A stretch of 64,000 nt of DNA from Chrysomallon squamiferum (taxonomy: Eukaryota; Animalia; Mollusca), in NCBI GenBank assembly GCA_012295275.1, contig CM022670.1, positions 28,210,001 to 28,274,000 of the forward strand, given 5' to 3'. This document shows positions 61,621-64,000 of this stretch, piece after piece. Under the pieces are notes generated by a model. That model searched no databases, was not told the origin of the DNA, and worked only from the letters and a program-made list of their open reading frames with translations. Position 1 is the stretch's first letter. Each line of letters begins with the position of its first letter. Position numbers and translations under genes: made by a program.

Positions 61621-64000
61621 TATGCATTTCTCTCTGTAAAAACAAATGTATTAAAGATTCCTAAATGCTAATCAGTATGATCTGTACCTTTCCTTTCTGT
61701 TCTGCCTTCTCTCTCCATGTCTCCTTTCCTTTCTTTATTTCACTTGCTCTCTCACTCTTAACATAACGTGTGTGTGTGTGTTTGAAAGAGTATGTTTAAC
61801 ACTTAATAACTATATTAAGAAAAATGTATAGAGGTGTTGTCAAGGTGTCATTAAACATTCAGATATTCATAGATTCGTTGTTATACTACAAAACCATACA
61901 GTGACCACCGCTGAACCTCACACTTACTTATACAGTACTGTACTTACTTGACCACACTCTGACCTTTTAACTGCCCACTTAGCTTTTTATTACACCATAA
62001 GATTATTGATTACAAGCAGTACATCTTTGATTTAATACAAAATTACACATTTATGAAGCATTAAACCAGACTAGGAAATCATGAGAATTAGACCACCAGG
62101 GTGGACAGAGTATTTAATCAAAACACTTTTAAATCAACAGTGTTCATTTTCAATTTAGTTGTTGATTGCACTGATTACATTTTTTAACAGTGTTGTTTCC
62201 GATCAAATTCTCAAAAGAAGATTTGAACCCAGAGTAAACTATGAATTTACAACAGTTTCACAAACAGTACTAGAATGGGTGTCAGTCTAACTGAAATCAT
62301 TGTTTAGATTTCAGACATGGGAAAATGATTGATGGGAGGTTTTCACATGTTTTCTCTGCTGCAGTATTTTATTTTTGATGTTGTGAAGTAGTGTGTGAAA
62401 TTGTTTAAATAATAGGGAGGCCATATTCCATTGCATTCCGAAAATGTCATGGTAACCATTGTTGGTTGCAAACTAATTTATGATCCCCAAGTCAATATTT
62501 GGTCTAAGCATGAGAATATGATCATGGATATATAAATACTGATTTTAAAAATATTTGTATTGTTTGTACTTTTATGTTTGTAAACATCAGAATGATAGAA
62601 ATATACCACATAGTATAAACAACACTACATGGTCTTTATCTTTACAAAAGCTGCATCATTTTACAAAATCATTTACAGGACAGCTGATACCCTTTAGTGT
62701 GATATCTGCTTTAGTGTCATCAAAAAAACATTAATTCACTTATTAAATATAAAATGTATTAGTAACTGGAATGTCATCATTGAGCATCATTCTGTCAATG
62801 TATAATCCAGTAAGCTCTGAATCTTTAGAAAAAGAAATAACAAAAAAACAAAACAATTTCTTTTAAGAAATTGTTTTATTTATTTATTTTTTTAAATTGA
62901 TACAAATTTCATTCATTAATATATATATTTTTATTTTTTTTTTTTTTTTTTTTGTATTTGAATAATGTAAAAATTATGAAAACATCGTTTTCCTCAACAA
63001 AAAAAGAAGAAAAAAACCAGTCTGCAACAAATGTGAAAATTCACTGCATTAGCAACAAACTTAAAGACATGCCAAGAAAAATAAATGAAAGCTTTACAAG
63101 ATATCCAGAGTAACCTAGAAAAGAAAAAAGAAAAAGGAAAAGGAAAAAAGAGAATTATTTGTTCAGATGCTGTCTGAATCAGTGATAGTCAACTGATTAT
63201 TTGATCAAGTCTTTCTTATTTACTTGTAGTGAAATGGATTTGTGCGGAGAGAGTTTTTCACCTGATCTGTAATGACTTAGGCAAACAAAGACAGCGTGCA
63301 GTAAAGAGGAAGGCATGTCACACACGCAAAGATATCTTATGTGGATTTTTATCTGTTTTATTCCCTGGAAATTGCTGAAGATTAATAGACTTAGTTGTAT
63401 ATGTATGAGTGTGAGAGTGATTGTATGGAATCATATTTAGTTCTATTCACTGGAAAATCCTGAAAATTTATTCTCATGCTTTTTGTTTCTATATTTACAA
63501 TATTTCAAATACATATATGTCTTTGTGTGTTAGTGTTCATGTGTAATTCAATTCAAATTTTGTTCTATTCAGTGAAAATACTGAATATTACTCATTTCTT
63601 ATTGTATTTAATAATGTTAAGTACACATTGTCCAGACCATATGTGGAAATATATAAAATTTAACTTTTTTGTCTGTGTTTCCTTTAGAATATAGTTCTCA
63701 GTTTTAATAGATTAATATTTAAATTTATTTATTGAAAATTCCAGTGATTTAATCATATAAACATACCTTTTTTTATGTACTTTTTTGTTATCAGTGTTAC
63801 CTGAATTTTAGGAGGTTTTTTGTCAAATCCAGAAGCTTTATTAAAACAAAAACAGATGCCTATCAAAGTAGATATTAAATATGGTTTTTATGGTAAAGTA
63901 CTGATTTATTTATTAACAATCTAATTCTGAAATTATATACTTGTATGATTTGACAGATACAAGCTGAACCAAGCAGATGTTAAATTACTCCTGGAAAGTA

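Overview
AT-rich, intron-rich animal DNA, probably from a gastropod mollusc (inferred from SINE remnants and a snoRNA guide). It is not prokaryotic, and I found no CRISPR array, operon, rRNA or tRNA gene. Intact genes: MED23 (minus, 34 coding exons, 5338-25889), a head-to-head non-muscle myosin regulatory light chain (plus, 28547-30191), an unrecognised 247-aa single-coding-exon gene (minus, 33333-34076) and RPS12 (minus, 38967-43269). Features the ORF track misses: two U12-type introns in MED23, one with GT-AT ends; two in-frame candidate microexons in MED23's longest intron; a SNORD100-like C/D snoRNA in an RPS12 intron whose guide fits a lophotrochozoan-type 18S sequence; a ~14 kb decayed multi-exon TDRD12-like Tudor pseudogene (45.7-59.8 kb); and a chain of plus-strand exon-like segments running into RPS12 antisense. 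Homology calls come from hand translation and recalled sequences, not database searches.
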